A stretch of DNA of 64,000 nt from Nitriliruptoraceae bacterium (GCA_003561535.1 PWWI01000002.1:43-64042), one strand, 5' to 3'. Counted from the stretch's first letter, positions 49,641-61,888 are shown. A program made the numbers and translations. Notes: a model not told the origin generated them from the letters alone.

Positions 49641-51680
49641 GTGGCCAACGAGAAGCCAACCCAGCGTCTGCTCCGCGGCCCACTGCCGTGGGTCATCGCG
49701 CTGGTCGCCGCGATGTGGATCGGGTTCGGCGTGTTCGCGTCGGCCACCGCACCCACAGAGCTGACCTGGAGCCAGTTCCAGGCGGCGGTGGAGGGTGGCG
49801 AGCTCCAGGACCAGGACCTCACCGTCACCACCATCGGCAACCGCTCGGAGTCGATCGAGGGTGAGCGCCGCGCCGGCGGCTCGACCGTCGCGTTCACGAC
49901 GATCTACAACTCTGAGATCAACGGCGACCAGCTGCGCCGCTGGATCGACCAGGGCCTGATCGCCGACGTGCAGTTCGATGCCGAACAGACCGGCGCGCTG
50001 GTCCAGATCCTGGCCACAGTGATCCCGTTCGTGCTGATCCTCGGGATCTTCTTCCTGCTCATGCAGAACATGCAGGGCGGTGGTGGCCGGGTGATGCAGT
50101 TCGGCAAGTCCAAGGCCAAGCTGGTCTCCAAGGACGCCCCGAAGGTCACCTTCTCCGACGTCGCCGGCGCCGAGTCGGCGGTCGAGGAGCTCAGGGAGAT
50201 CAAGGAGTTCCTCGAGAACCCGCAGAAGTTCCAGGCCATGGGCGCCAAGATCCCCAAGGGTGTGCTGCTCTACGGCCCGCCCGGGACGGGCAAGACCCTG
50301 CTGGCCCGCGCCGTCGCCGGTGAGGCCGGGGTCCCGTTCTTCTCCATCTCCGGCTCGGACTTCGTCGAGATGTTCGTCGGTGTCGGTGCCTCCCGGGTCC
50401 GCGACCTGTTCGAGCAGGCCAAGGCCAACGCGCCTGCGATCATCTTCATGGACGAGATCGACGCCGTCGGCCGCCACCGCGGTGCCGGCATGGGCGGCGG
50501 CCACGACGAGCGCGAGCAGACGCTGAACCAGCTGCTGGTCGAGATGGACGGCTTCGACGTCCGGACCGCGGTGATCCTCATCGCCGCGACCAACCGTCCC
50601 GACATCCTCGACCCGGCGCTGCTCCGCCCCGGCCGGTTCGATCGCCAGATCGTCGTGGACCGCCCCGACCTGATCGGACGTGAGGCGATCCTCGAGGTCC
50701 ACGCCAAGGGCAAGCCCCTCGGTGACGACGTCGATCTCGGTGTGCTGGCCCGCTCCACGCCCGGGTTCACCGGCGCCGACCTCGCCAACCTCGTCAACGA
50801 AGGTGCCCTGCTCGCTGCCCGTCGCGGCAAGCAGGAGATCGACATGGACGAGCTCCAGGAGTCGATCGAGCGGGTCATCGCCGGTCCGGAGCGCAAGACC
50901 CGCCTGATGTCGGAGAACGAGAAGCGCACCGTCGCCTACCACGAGGCGGGCCACGCCATCGTCGGCCACGCCCTGCCCAACGCCGACCCGGTGCACAAGA
51001 TCACGATCATCCCCCGCGGGCAGGCGCTCGGCTTCACGATGCAGCTGCCGACCGAGGACAAGTACCTGATCTCCCGCTCGGAACTGATCGACCGGCTGGC
51101 GGTGATGATGGGTGGTCGCGTCGCCGAGGAGCTCAAGGTCGGCGACATCACCACTGGCGCGGGTGACGACATCCGCAAGGCCACCGCCACCGCGCGCGAG
51201 ATGGTCACCCAGTACGGGATGAGCTCGCTCCTCGGGCCGATCACCCTCGGGCAGAAGGACTCCCAGCCCTTCCTGGGCAAGGAGTTCGGTCACCAGCCGG
51301 ACTACTCCGGTCAGGTCGCCCAGCAGATCGACGAGGAGGTCCGTGGGCTCCTCGATGAGGCCCACGACGAGGCTCTGGAGATCCTGGTCGAGAACGACCA
51401 CGTCCTCGAGGCGATGGCAGCCAAGCTGCTCGAGGTCGAGACCGTCGACGGGAAGCTCCTCGCCGAGGTCTTCGACCCGGTCCACCACCGTCCCAGCCGG
51501 GCGCTGACGGTGCCCTCGATCGACGACCCAGCTGCGGTGATCGAGCAGCTGCGTCGCAGCCGGGTGGGTGGCAACGGCCAGGGGAACGGGCACGGCAACG
51601 GCCACGCCCAGTCGCACGGTCAGACCGCGGATCAGCCTGCGGAGTCGTCCACCTCGTCGTCGGCGTCGAAGCAGGGCTGA
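49641..51680 (+). CDS. ftsH: ATP-dependent zinc metalloprotease FtsH
   Basis: [47 protein letters not shown] and [11 protein letters not shown] at 49641 follows AGAGGTGG. Gly/Asn/His-rich C-terminal tail. Confidence 0.95.
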   Translation: MANEKPTQRLLRGPLPWVIALVAAMWIGFGVFASATAPTELTWSQFQAAVEGGELQDQDLTVTTIGNRSESIEGERRAGGSTVAFTTIYNSEINGDQLRRWIDQGLIADVQFDAEQTGALVQILATVIPFVLILGIFFLLMQNMQGGGGRVMQFGKSKAKLVSKDAPKVTFSDVAGAESAVEELREIKEFLENPQKFQAMGAKIPKGVLLYGPPGTGKTLLARAVAGEAGVPFFSISGSDFVEMFVGVGASRVRDLFEQAKANAPAIIFMDEIDAVGRHRGAGMGGGHDEREQTLNQLLVEMDGFDVRTAVILIAATNRPDILDPALLRPGRFDRQIVVDRPDLIGREAILEVHAKGKPLGDDVDLGVLARSTPGFTGADLANLVNEGALLAARRGKQEIDMDELQESIERVIAGPERKTRLMSENEKRTVAYHEAGHAIVGHALPNADPVHKITIIPRGQALGFTMQLPTEDKYLISRSELIDRLAVMMGGRVAEELKVGDITTGAGDDIRKATATAREMVTQYGMSSLLGPITLGQKDSQPFLGKEFGHQPDYSGQVAQQIDEEVRGLLDEAHDEALEILVENDHVLEAMAAKLLEVETVDGKLLAEVFDPVHHRPSRALTVPSIDDPAAVIEQLRRSRVGGNGQGNGHGNGHAQSHGQTADQPAESSTSSSASKQG

Positions 51681-51745
51681 GCGTTCAGCCCGCAGACCGT
51701 GCCCCCGAAGGTGGGGCGGGCCGCTCACCATTGAGGAGATCACAC

Positions 51746-52459
51746 GTGAGCGTGCACCCACTGCCCCACACGACCAACGGGGTCGAGTCCCACCTCGACG
51801 ACGGCGACGTGGAGGCGCTCGCCATCGCACGGGCCGAGGACGTCGCCGCCTCGCAACGCCGGGTCCGCCACATCACCGGCATCGAGCCCTCCCGCACCTT
51901 CGACCACGAGAAGATCGCGCGGGCCGTGCGGATGCTGTTCGAGGCGATCGGGGAGGACCCCGACCGTCCCGGCATCGCCGACACCCCGGCCCGGGTCGCC
52001 CGCGAGTACGACGAGATCTTCGCCGGGCTGCTCGTCGATCCGGCCGACGTGCTGTCGGTCACCTTCGACGAGGCCTACGACGAGATCGTGATGATGCGCG
52101 ACATCGAGTTCCACTCGATGTGCGAGCACCACCTGGTTCCCTTCACCGGCCACGCCCACGTCGCCTACCTCCCCAACGCCAGCGGCCAGGTCACCGGCCT
52201 GTCGAAGCTCGCCCGGTTGGTGGACGTGTGCGCGAAGCGTCCCGGTCTGCAGGAGCGCATGACGGCGATGATCGCCGACGCGCTGGAGCGGGCACTGGAT
52301 CCCCGTGGGGTGATGGTCGTGGTGGAAGCCCGCCACTTCTGCATGGAGATGCGGGGGATCCGCAAGCCCGGGGCGCAGACCGTGACCTCGACGGTGCGGG
52401 GGAAGTTCCGCGACGACCCGAAGACCCGCGCCGAGGCGATGACCCTGCTCAAGGGCTGA
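51746..52459 (+). CDS. folE: GTP cyclohydrolase I
   Basis: [20 protein letters not shown] and [10 protein letters not shown]-type motifs. GAGGAG lies 6 nt before GTG 51746. Confidence 0.93.
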   Translation: MSVHPLPHTTNGVESHLDDGDVEALAIARAEDVAASQRRVRHITGIEPSRTFDHEKIARAVRMLFEAIGEDPDRPGIADTPARVAREYDEIFAGLLVDPADVLSVTFDEAYDEIVMMRDIEFHSMCEHHLVPFTGHAHVAYLPNASGQVTGLSKLARLVDVCAKRPGLQERMTAMIADALERALDPRGVMVVVEARHFCMEMRGIRKPGAQTVTSTVRGKFRDDPKTRAEAMTLLKG

Positions 52460-52546
52460 CGACCGCCTCGGCCGCCAGCACACGGCGGTCCGACCGTCGC
52501 CGTAGCATGCGGGGCTCGCGGGGGCAGCGATCGGGCGGAGGGTCGG

Positions 52547-53680
52547 ATGATCGAGGCGGCGCCACGGGCTTCGCTCCGCGTGCGCGATGCCACCGCCTGG
52601 GAGGTCGCGGGTCCGGTCGACGTCGAGGTGTACGGCGCTGAGCCCGTGATCGACCGGCTGCTGGCGGCGGTACCGGTCGACGTCGCGCGCTCCCGACCCG
52701 CAGCGCTGCTCGTGCGGCTCACGGCTCCGGCCGCGCGGCTGCGCGAGGCCCTGGCCGCCACCGACCCGCGGCTCGCCGACCACCTCGACAGCCGGCTCGC
52801 CAGCTGGCGGCAACCGCCGCCGGACCTGCAGACCCCCGCCGGGACCCTGCCGACCGCGAGTCGGCCCGTGGTGATGGGCATCCTCAACGTGACGCCGGAC
52901 TCGTTCTCCGACGGCGGTGCCGCCTACCCCCCCGACCAGCACCCACGGCCGGCGCTGGCCGCCGCGGGCGCGCTGCTGGAGGCCGGCGCCGACGTGATCG
53001 ACGTCGGCGGGGAGTCGACGCGGCCGGGGGCCGAGCCGGTCGCGCCGGAGGAGGAGCTGCGGCGCGTCCTGCCGGTGGTGCGGGAGTTGGCCGCTGCGGG
53101 GGCCATCGTGTCGATCGACACCACCAAGGCAGCCGTCGCCCGGGCTGCGATCGAGGCGGGCGCGGCCCTGGTCAACGACGTCTCGGCCGGGGCTCTCGAC
53201 CCCGTCCTGCTGGAGACCGTCGCCGCGACCGAGATCCCCTACGTGCTGATGCACCTGCAGGGCACCCCGAGCACGATGCAGCAGGATCCGCGCTACCTCG
53301 ATGTCGTCGCCGAGGTGCACCACGCGCTCGACGCCGGGCTGGATCGGCTCGCGGCGCGGGGGGTGGCCCCGGAGCGGGTCGTGCTGGACCCGGGCATCGG
53401 CTTCGGGAAGCGGCTGGAACACAACCTGGCCCTGCTCCGCGAGCTCTCGACCTTCACCTCCTTCGGGCGACCGGTGCTGGTCGGGGCCTCCCGGAAGTCC
53501 TTCATCGGCCATCTGACCGGTGGGGCCGGGCCCGACGACCGGCTCGAGGGGTCGCTGAGCGTGGCGGCCCTGGCGGTCGACCGCGGTGCCCGTCTGCTGC
53601 GGGTGCACGACGTCGCCGCGACGGTCCGGGCGGTCACCCTCGCGCACGCGATCGCCCACCCCGGTGACGTACCGTCCTGA
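52547..53680 (+). CDS. folP: Dihydropteroate synthase with ~105-aa N-terminal extension
   Basis: VMGILNVTPDSFSDGG, DVGGESTRPGA, SIDT and NDVSAG. GGAGGG lies 5 nt before ATG 52547. GC3 is very high across the extension. Confidence 0.85.
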   Translation: MIEAAPRASLRVRDATAWEVAGPVDVEVYGAEPVIDRLLAAVPVDVARSRPAALLVRLTAPAARLREALAATDPRLADHLDSRLASWRQPPPDLQTPAGTLPTASRPVVMGILNVTPDSFSDGGAAYPPDQHPRPALAAAGALLEAGADVIDVGGESTRPGAEPVAPEEELRRVLPVVRELAAAGAIVSIDTTKAAVARAAIEAGAALVNDVSAGALDPVLLETVAATEIPYVLMHLQGTPSTMQQDPRYLDVVAEVHHALDAGLDRLAARGVAPERVVLDPGIGFGKRLEHNLALLRELSTFTSFGRPVLVGASRKSFIGHLTGGAGPDDRLEGSLSVAALAVDRGARLLRVHDVAATVRAVTLAHAIAHPGDVPS

Positions 53681-53696
53681 CCCCGAGGAGCGCAGC

Positions 53697-54056
53697 GTGG
53701 ACCGCATCACGATCACCGGCATCGAGGCCTTCGGCCACCACGGCGTGCTGCCTCACGAGCGTGAGTTCGGCCAGCGGTTCGTGGTCGACCTCTCGCTCGA
53801 CGTCGATCTCGCGCCGGCCGGGGCCTCGGACGACCTCGCCGACACCGTCGACTACGGCCGCCTGGCCGGTGACGTCGCGGCGATCGTCACCGGTCCACCC
53901 GCCGACCTGATCGAGACCGTCGCGGAGCGCACCGCCGCGCGCTGCCTGGAGGACGAACGGGTCCAGGCGGTCGAGGTCACCGTGCACAAGCCCGCCGCGC
54001 CCGTACCCGTCGTGGCCGCCGAGGTGTCGGTCACGATCCGGCGGGTGCGAGCGTGA
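53697..54056 (+). CDS. folB: Dihydroneopterin aldolase
   Basis: DRITITGIEAFGHHGVLPHEREFGQRFVVDL. GAGGAG lies 6 nt before the GTG. Confidence 0.9.
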   Translation: MDRITITGIEAFGHHGVLPHEREFGQRFVVDLSLDVDLAPAGASDDLADTVDYGRLAGDVAAIVTGPPADLIETVAERTAARCLEDERVQAVEVTVHKPAAPVPVVAAEVSVTIRRVRA

Positions 54057-54784
54057 GCGAGACCTTCGCCCTCGGGCTCGGCGCCAACGTCGGCGACGCG
54101 CTGGAGACCCTGACCGCGGCCGTGTACGCGATCGACGACCTCGACGGCGTGGTCGTCACCGATGTCTCGGGCGTGTACCGGACCCCACCCTGGCCGGCGC
54201 CACCCGATCCCCGCGCGGTGCCCCAGGACGACTTCCTCAACCTCGCGGTGGTCGGGGTCACCTCGCTGTCGCCGCTGGAGTTGCTCGAGGAGCTGCAGCT
54301 CCTCGAGGCCGCTTTCGGACGTGACCGGGACCGCGAGGTGCGGTGGGGGCCGCGACCGCTGGACATCGACGTGCTGCTGGTCGGCGAGGTGGAGCTGGAC
54401 ACCGAGCGCCTCGTGCTGCCCCACCCCCGCATCACCGAGCGGGCCTTCGTGCTGGTCCCGCTGCTCGAGGTGGTCCCCGGTGGGGTGCTGCCCGGCGGCC
54501 AGCGGCTGACCGAGGCCCTGGCGGCGCTCGCCCCGATCGAGGACATCGAGTTGGAGGTCCGGCTGGAGGAGGTGCCGAGCGGTCGTCTGGCGCGGCCCGA
54601 GGGCCCGAGTGGGCCGCCTGCCGGGTTCTCCCGTCCTGGCTGGAGCGACGTGGAGGTCGCGCGCGACCCCGGGCCGATCAGGAACGCCGCCGCTGACGCC
54701 GCCGCGGACGTCGACGCCGACGTCGACGGTGATGCCGACGTCGACGGTGCTGCCGACGGTGACGCCGATGGCGGTGCGCGATGA
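54053..54784 (+). CDS. folK: 2-amino-4-hydroxy-6-hydroxymethyldihydropteridine pyrophosphokinase with acidic repeat tail
   Basis: GLGANVGD, RWGPRPLDIDVL and LPHPRITERAFVLVPL. GTGA overlap. The C-terminal tail is (DADV/DGDA)n. Confidence 0.88.
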   Translation: MSETFALGLGANVGDALETLTAAVYAIDDLDGVVVTDVSGVYRTPPWPAPPDPRAVPQDDFLNLAVVGVTSLSPLELLEELQLLEAAFGRDRDREVRWGPRPLDIDVLLVGEVELDTERLVLPHPRITERAFVLVPLLEVVPGGVLPGGQRLTEALAALAPIEDIELEVRLEEVPSGRLARPEGPSGPPAGFSRPGWSDVEVARDPGPIRNAAADAAADVDADVDGDADVDGAADGDADGGAR

Positions 54785-55665
54785 GGGTCGCCCTGATCGG
54801 GCCCGGTCGGGTCGGCCCCCTGCTCGCGGTCGCCGGCACCCGGGCCGGCTGGCGGGTCTCGGCCGTCGCCGGGGGCCGGGAGGCGTCGCGGACCTCGCTG
54901 GCGTCCAGGGTGGCCGGGCTGCGGACGTTCGTCGACCCTGCCGAGGCGGTGGTCGGTGCCGATCTCGTCCTGCTCACCGTCCCCGACGACGCCATCGCGT
55001 CGGTGGTGGACGGGCTCGTGCGAGCCGATGCGCTGGTGCCCGGGCAGCGGGTCGTCCACGTCGCCGGCTCGCGTGGGCTCGAGGTGCTGCGCCTCGCCCG
55101 GCTTGCGGGGGCGCGGGTGGCGGCCTGCCACCCGGCGATGACCATCCCCGCTGGGGCGGACGACCCCGATGTGCTGATCGGGGTGGCCTGGGCGGTGACC
55201 GCCGGGTCGGCGGACCGTGCCTGGGCCGACGAGCTGGTGGTCGCGCTGGGCGGGGACCCCCACCAGGTCGCCGATGACGCGCGGGTGACCTACCACGCGG
55301 CGCTCGCGCTGGCGTCCAACGCGGTGGGAGCGGCGGTCGTGGCCGCCCGACGGCTGCTGCTGGCGGCCCGGGTCGAGGACCCGGCGGCGTTCCTCACCCC
55401 GTTGGCCCACGCCTCGGTGGACAACGCAGCCACCGCCGGGGCCGCCGCCCTGACCGGCCCGATCGTCCGCGGGGACGTCGGGACCGTCGCTGCCCACCTG
55501 GAGGGGCTGGCCGCCGACCTCCCGGAGCTGCTGCCGGCCTACCGTGCCCTTGCACAGGCCACCCTCGAACCCGTCCGGCCGAGCCTGGGGCCCGAGGTCG
55601 CGGCCGCGCTCGACGACCTGCTGGCCGGCGGGGGCCCGGGCGTGGGGCCCGCCGCGGAGGGGTGA
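54781..55665 (+). CDS. Rossmann-like / DUF2520-type oxidoreductase-like protein
   Basis: MRVALIGPGRVG (GxGxxG). ATGA overlap with folK. It lies between the fol and pan genes. Confidence 0.72.
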   Translation: MRVALIGPGRVGPLLAVAGTRAGWRVSAVAGGREASRTSLASRVAGLRTFVDPAEAVVGADLVLLTVPDDAIASVVDGLVRADALVPGQRVVHVAGSRGLEVLRLARLAGARVAACHPAMTIPAGADDPDVLIGVAWAVTAGSADRAWADELVVALGGDPHQVADDARVTYHAALALASNAVGAAVVAARRLLLAARVEDPAAFLTPLAHASVDNAATAGAAALTGPIVRGDVGTVAAHLEGLAADLPELLPAYRALAQATLEPVRPSLGPEVAAALDDLLAGGGPGVGPAAEG

Positions 55666-55722
55666 CGACGTGGAGGGGTGACGACGTGGAACGGGTGACG
55701 ACGTGGAACGGGTGACGACGAT
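55655..55722. repeat. 16/17-bp tandem repeat x4 (gggtgacgacgtggaac) spanning a gene junction
   Basis: ggtgacgacg occurs at 55661, 55677, 55694 and 55711. The first copy carries the upstream TGA stop and the last carries the panC GTG start. Confidence 0.8.
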
Positions 55723-56614
55723 CGCAGAGCTGCGCGCACGGGTCGCGCGCCTGCGCGCCGCAGGGGCGACGATCGGCTTCGTGCCCACCATGGGCGCCCT
55801 CCACGAGGGACACCTGGCGCTGGTCCGGCTCGCTGCCGAGCAGGCCGACGAGGTGGTGGTGTCGATCTTCGTCAACCCCGCCCAGTTCGACCGGGCCGAC
55901 GACCTGTCGGCCTACCCGCGGGATCTGGCCGGCGACGAGCGGGCGCTGGCCGGGCTGGGTGCGGCCGCGCCGGTGCTGGTGTTCGCACCCGAGGCCGACG
56001 AGCTCTACCCGAGGCCACCGGCCACCAGTGTGAGGGTCGCGGGGCTCGGCGACCACCTCTGCGGCGCCTCCCGCCCCGGGCACTTCGACGGGGTCGGTCT
56101 GGTGGTGGTCAAGCTCCTCAACATCGTGGCGCCGGACCTCGCGGTGTTCGGCCGCAAGGACCGCCAGCAGCTGCAGATCGTCCGGCGGCTCGTCGCCGAC
56201 CTCGACCTGCCCGTGGAGCTCCTGGCCGTGCCGACGGTGCGCGAGAGCGACGGGGTGGCGCTGTCCAGCCGCAACCGGCGCCTGTCGGCCGAGGAGCGCA
56301 GCACTGCGCGGGCGCTGCCGCAGGCGCTGGGGGCCGCGGTCTTGGCGGCGCGACGGGCGCGGACGGCGGGGGAGGAGCTCCCTACGGCGACGCTGCGCGA
56401 GGCCGCGCGCGAGGTACTCGACGTGCCGGGCGTCGAGGTGGACTACCTCGAGGTGGTCGATCCCGACGGGCTGCAGCCCGTCACCGGTCCGCTGGCACCC
56501 GACGGTGTCGTGGTGGTGGCGGTCGCTGCGCACGTCGGTCCGGTGCGGCTGATCGACAACGTCGAGGTGGGGGACGTGCCGGACGAGGAGCGGCTGCTCG
56601 ACGCCGCAGGCTGA
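55703..56614 (+). CDS. panC: Pantoate--beta-alanine ligase
   Basis: GFVPTMGALHEGHLALV, VSIFVNPAQF and FGRKDRQQL. The start lies in a repeat. An alternative in-frame GTG is at 55712. Confidence 0.92.
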   Translation: MERVTTIAELRARVARLRAAGATIGFVPTMGALHEGHLALVRLAAEQADEVVVSIFVNPAQFDRADDLSAYPRDLAGDERALAGLGAAAPVLVFAPEADELYPRPPATSVRVAGLGDHLCGASRPGHFDGVGLVVVKLLNIVAPDLAVFGRKDRQQLQIVRRLVADLDLPVELLAVPTVRESDGVALSSRNRRLSAEERSTARALPQALGAAVLAARRARTAGEELPTATLREAAREVLDVPGVEVDYLEVVDPDGLQPVTGPLAPDGVVVVAVAAHVGPVRLIDNVEVGDVPDEERLLDAAG

Positions 56615-56623
56615 CCCGTCGGC

Positions 56624-57226
56624 TCAGGGCTCGCGGGGTAGGGGTCCCACCACCGCGCCACCCGGTTCGACGTTGCGGCTGACCACGGCGCCGGCACCGA
56701 TGTGGGCGTGAGCGCCGATGCGTACCCCCCGCAGGACCAGGGCGCCCATGCCGATCGAGGTGCCCTCCCCGATCACCACGTCGCCGGCGATCCGTGCCCC
56801 CGGCAGGACGCAGACCAGGTCCTCGAGCACGGTGTCGTGGCCGACGGCGGCGCCGTGGCCGATCAGGACGTGATCGCCGAGGACGCACAGCGGCGACACC
56901 GCAGCCTGCCAGAACACCTGGGTGCCGGGTCCGAGCCGGGCCGTCGGTGAGACCACGGCGCTGGGGTCCACCAGGGGATCCGCCGGCGGGCAGGGGACGC
57001 GGGGGGCGAGCTTCTGCCGCACGTCGGACATGCCCACCCCGAAGGTGAAGCGGGCGTGCTCAGGCACGTCCATGATCGTGCCCGTCACCGGGATCCCCCG
57101 CTCGGTGAAGCGGCCGTCGCGGACACTGCGGTCGTCGGCGACCCCGGCCGGGGTGATCGAGCACCGCAGCGCCAGGTCGGCCACGTCCGACCCGTGGCCG
57201 CCACCCCCAACGATGTACAGCTCCAT
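56624..57226 (-). CDS. Hexapeptide-repeat (left-handed beta-helix) acetyltransferase, NeuD/PglB-like
   Basis: MELYIVGGGGHG N-terminal Rossmann-like segment, then hexapeptide repeats (IGHGAAVGHDTVLEDLVCVLPGARIAGDVVIGEG...). Confidence 0.8.
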   Translation of the reverse strand: MELYIVGGGGHGSDVADLALRCSITPAGVADDRSVRDGRFTERGIPVTGTIMDVPEHARFTFGVGMSDVRQKLAPRVPCPPADPLVDPSAVVSPTARLGPGTQVFWQAAVSPLCVLGDHVLIGHGAAVGHDTVLEDLVCVLPGARIAGDVVIGEGTSIGMGALVLRGVRIGAHAHIGAGAVVSRNVEPGGAVVGPLPREP

Positions 57227-57301
57227 GGCGGCGACCCTAGTCACCGCATCGGGGTCGGTGGGGAGTAGGTTCGCGGGCACGCGAGCACGCGGAGGGCACG
57301 G

Positions 57302-58078
57302 ATGCTGTTGGCGGTCGACGTTGGCAACTCCTCCACGGTGCTCGGGCTGTTCTCCGGGGAGCAACTGCACCACCGGTGGACCCTGTCGACCTCGGTGTCA
57401 CGCACCAGCGACGAGTACACGCTGATGATCGCGGGGCTGCTGGGCCGGGGCGGGCTGCAGCTCGACGCTGATGTGACGGGGGTGGTGATCGGGTCCGTGG
57501 TGCCGACCGTCACGGAGCGGTTGCGGGCGTTGTTCACCCGGGAGCTTTCGGGTCGGAACCGGCCGATCGTCATCGAGCCGGGGGTGCGCACCGGGGTGGT
57601 GATCCGCCACGACCACCCCCAGGACCTGGGGGCGGACCGGATCGCCAACGCGGTGGCGGTCAGCGCGCTGTACGGGGGACCGGCGATCGTCGTCGACCTC
57701 GGGACCGCCATCAGCTTCGACGCGGTGGATGCGACGGGGGCGTTCATCGGTGGGGCGATCGCCCCGGGGGTCATGACCGCGGCCGAAGGCCTGGTCGAGC
57801 GGGCGGCCCGGCTGCCCACCGTCGAGCCGATCGCACCGGCGTCACCGGTGGGGCGGTCCACCACCTCGGCGTTGCAGTCGGGCATCGTCTACGGCGCGGC
57901 CGCGATGGTCGACGGGATGGTCAGCCGTATCAGCCTCGAGCTCGGCCAGGGTGTCACGACCGTGGCGACCGGCGAGACGGCCGGGCTGGTCCTGGAGCAC
58001 TGCGGCATGATCGACCACCACGATCCCGCCCTCACGCTGAAGGGGCTACGGCTGGTGTGGGAACGCAACGTGCGCTGA
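57302..58078 (+). CDS. coaX: Type III pantothenate kinase
   Basis: MLLAVDVGNSSTVLGLF, GADRIANAV and VVDLGTAISFD. Confidence 0.92.
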   Translation: MLLAVDVGNSSTVLGLFSGEQLHHRWTLSTSVSRTSDEYTLMIAGLLGRGGLQLDADVTGVVIGSVVPTVTERLRALFTRELSGRNRPIVIEPGVRTGVVIRHDHPQDLGADRIANAVAVSALYGGPAIVVDLGTAISFDAVDATGAFIGGAIAPGVMTAAEGLVERAARLPTVEPIAPASPVGRSTTSALQSGIVYGAAAMVDGMVSRISLELGQGVTTVATGETAGLVLEHCGMIDHHDPALTLKGLRLVWERNVR

Positions 58079-58084
58079 CGGTGC

Positions 58085-58435
58085 CGGTGCCCGCCGCCCG
58101 TCCGCGCCCGTCGCCCGCCCGCGCCCGCCCGCGCCCGCCCGCGCTCGCGCTCGCGCCCGCCGCACCCGCCGGGTGCGGTGACGCCAGCCGGCCACGGTTG
58201 GCCGGATGCCTGCCCCGCTGCTGCCTGGGTGGTGGTGCCGGGGTCGCGAGGCGGTCGGGACTGGCCGGGTGCGCGCCCGCTTGCGTCGCCCGGCGGCCGC
58301 CGGCGCCCGTCGCCCGCCCGCGCCCGTGGTGACGCCAGCCGGCCACGGTTGGCCGGATGTGTGCCCCGCTGCTGCCTGGGTGGTGGTGCCGGGGTCGCCA
58401 GGCGGTCGGGACTGGCCGGGTGCGCGCCCCGCAGC
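58085..58435. repeat. (gcccgcccgc)n tract plus a ~100-bp segment duplicated ~151 bp apart, each with a 7-bp hairpin ccggcca-cggt-tggccgg
   Basis: ggtgacgccagccggccacggttggccggatg...gggactggccgggtgcgcgccc occurs at about 58177-58277 and 58328-58430 with 3-4 mismatches. Confidence 0.8.
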
Positions 58436-58517
58436 AGCCGATCCGCGCACGCGAGTAGCGTTGCGGTCCGCGGCCGAGCCAGCTCCCGCTGCCCCACCAT
58501 CGCCAGGAGGACCTCCC

Positions 58518-60127
<1,610 letters not shown>

Positions 60128-60143
<16 letters not shown>

Positions 60144-61888
60144 CCTCCGCCGCCCGGGGTCTCCACGATCAGGCGGTCGCCGGCGGTGAGCCGCACGGTG
60201 GTCTTCGGCGGCAGCTCCTCCTCGGCGGCCTCGGCGGCCTCGGCGTCCTCGGTGCCTTCGGGCATCCGGGCGGCACGCCGCACGGCGTTGCGGCCCCGGG
60301 CCCCGTCATCGCCTCCAGCCGCGCCCGGCGGCGCGTGCCGGCGTCGCTCGGTCACCAGCGAGGCCGTCACGTCGTCGGTCAGGACCTCGAGCACCCGCCG
60401 CAGTCCCGCGCCACCTCGGTGCCGACCCTGCCCGCCCGAGCCGGGCCGCAGCGCGTACTCGACGACCCGGAGCGGGTAGGCCAGCTCGAAGGCCTCGATG
60501 GGGGTGTTGCGGGTGTTGGTCATGTGGGAGTGGGTGCCGTCGGCGCCGGGACCCCAGGGGCCGGCGCCGGTACCGCCGGCCAGGGTCTCGTAGTAGGTGA
60601 AGGTGGCGCCGGTCCGGGGGTCGGTGCCGCCGAGGAGGGTGTTGTTCATCGTCCCCTGGCTGGCCGCGCCGACCCGGTCCTCGGTGAGCTGGGCGAAGCA
60701 GGCCAGCAGGACGTCGACGATGCGCTGGGAGGTCTCCACGTTGCCCGCGGCGACGGCGGCGGGAGGCCGGGCGTCGACGACTCCGCCGGGCTCGGTCCGC
60801 AGGGTCAGGACGCGGCGGAGCCCGTCGTTGGCCGGCACGTCCGGTGCGATCGCCGCCCGTAGCGCGTAGACCGCGGCGGACAGGGTCACGGCCAGGGGGC
60901 AGTTGACGTTGCCGGGGACCTGCGCATCGGAGCCGGTCAGGTCGCAGGTGACGTGCCCGTCCGCGATCGTCACCGACGCACGGATCGCGATGTCCCGGGT
61001 GCCGGCCCCATCGTCGTCGAGGACGTCCTCGGCGTGGGCGACCCCGTCGGGCAGCCGCCGCAGGGCGGCGGTCACGGTGCGCTCGGCGTGGTCGAGGGTG
61101 GCGGCCATGGCGGCGGCCAGCCCGTCCGATGGTCCGCCCGGCGTGCTGCCGGCGGCGCTCCGGTCGGCGGCGCTCCGGTCGGCGGTGCGCTGGGCGGCCG
61201 CGAGCTCGCGGAGGCGTCGGGCGGCGAGGTGGTTCGCGCCGAGCTGGGCGCGCAGGTCACCCAGCCGCTCGTCGGGCGTGCGGGTGTTGGCCAGCAGCAG
61301 CGCCACCAGGTCGCGCTGCTCCTCGCCGGCCACCACCAGCCGGACCGGGGGGATCCGCAGGCCCTCCGCCACGATGTCCACCGCACCTGTCGGCATCGAC
61401 CCGGGTGCGGCGCCACCGACGTCCGAGTGGTGGGCCCGGTTGGCGGCGTAGCCGAGCAGGACACCGTCCTCGTCGTGGACCGGTGCGACCAGGGTCCAGT
61501 CGGGGAGGTGGGTCCCACCGGCGTAGGGGTCGGAGAGCAGCACCTGGTCCCCGGGGTCGAGCGCTGGGAAGGCGTCGCGGGCCGCGGTGACCGACAGCGG
61601 CATGGAGCCGAGGTGGACGGGGATGTGCTCGGCCTGGGCGACCATCCGGCCGCCGGCGTCGAACACCGCCGTCGAGCAGTCGGCCCGCTCCTTGATGTTG
61701 GGCGAGTAGGCGGTGCGGCGGAGCGCGGCCCCGGCCTCCTCGGCGATACCCACCAGCGCGTTGCGTACGACCTCGAGGGTGATGGGGTCGACCTCGGCGG
61801 CCTCGGCGGCCTCGGCGGCCTCCCTGGCCTCGGCGACCTCGGCGGCCGTGGCCTCATCGCCGCTGGACCCGGTGGGCGGACCGGTCAT
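60128..61888 (-). CDS. hyuB: Hydantoinase B / oxoprolinase family protein
   Basis: DPITLEVVRNAL..., SPNIKERADCSTAVFD and HIPVHLGSMP. ATGA overlap with hyuA. Ala/Glu repeats at both termini. Its 3' end overlaps the lysS 3' end by 16 nt. Confidence 0.88.
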
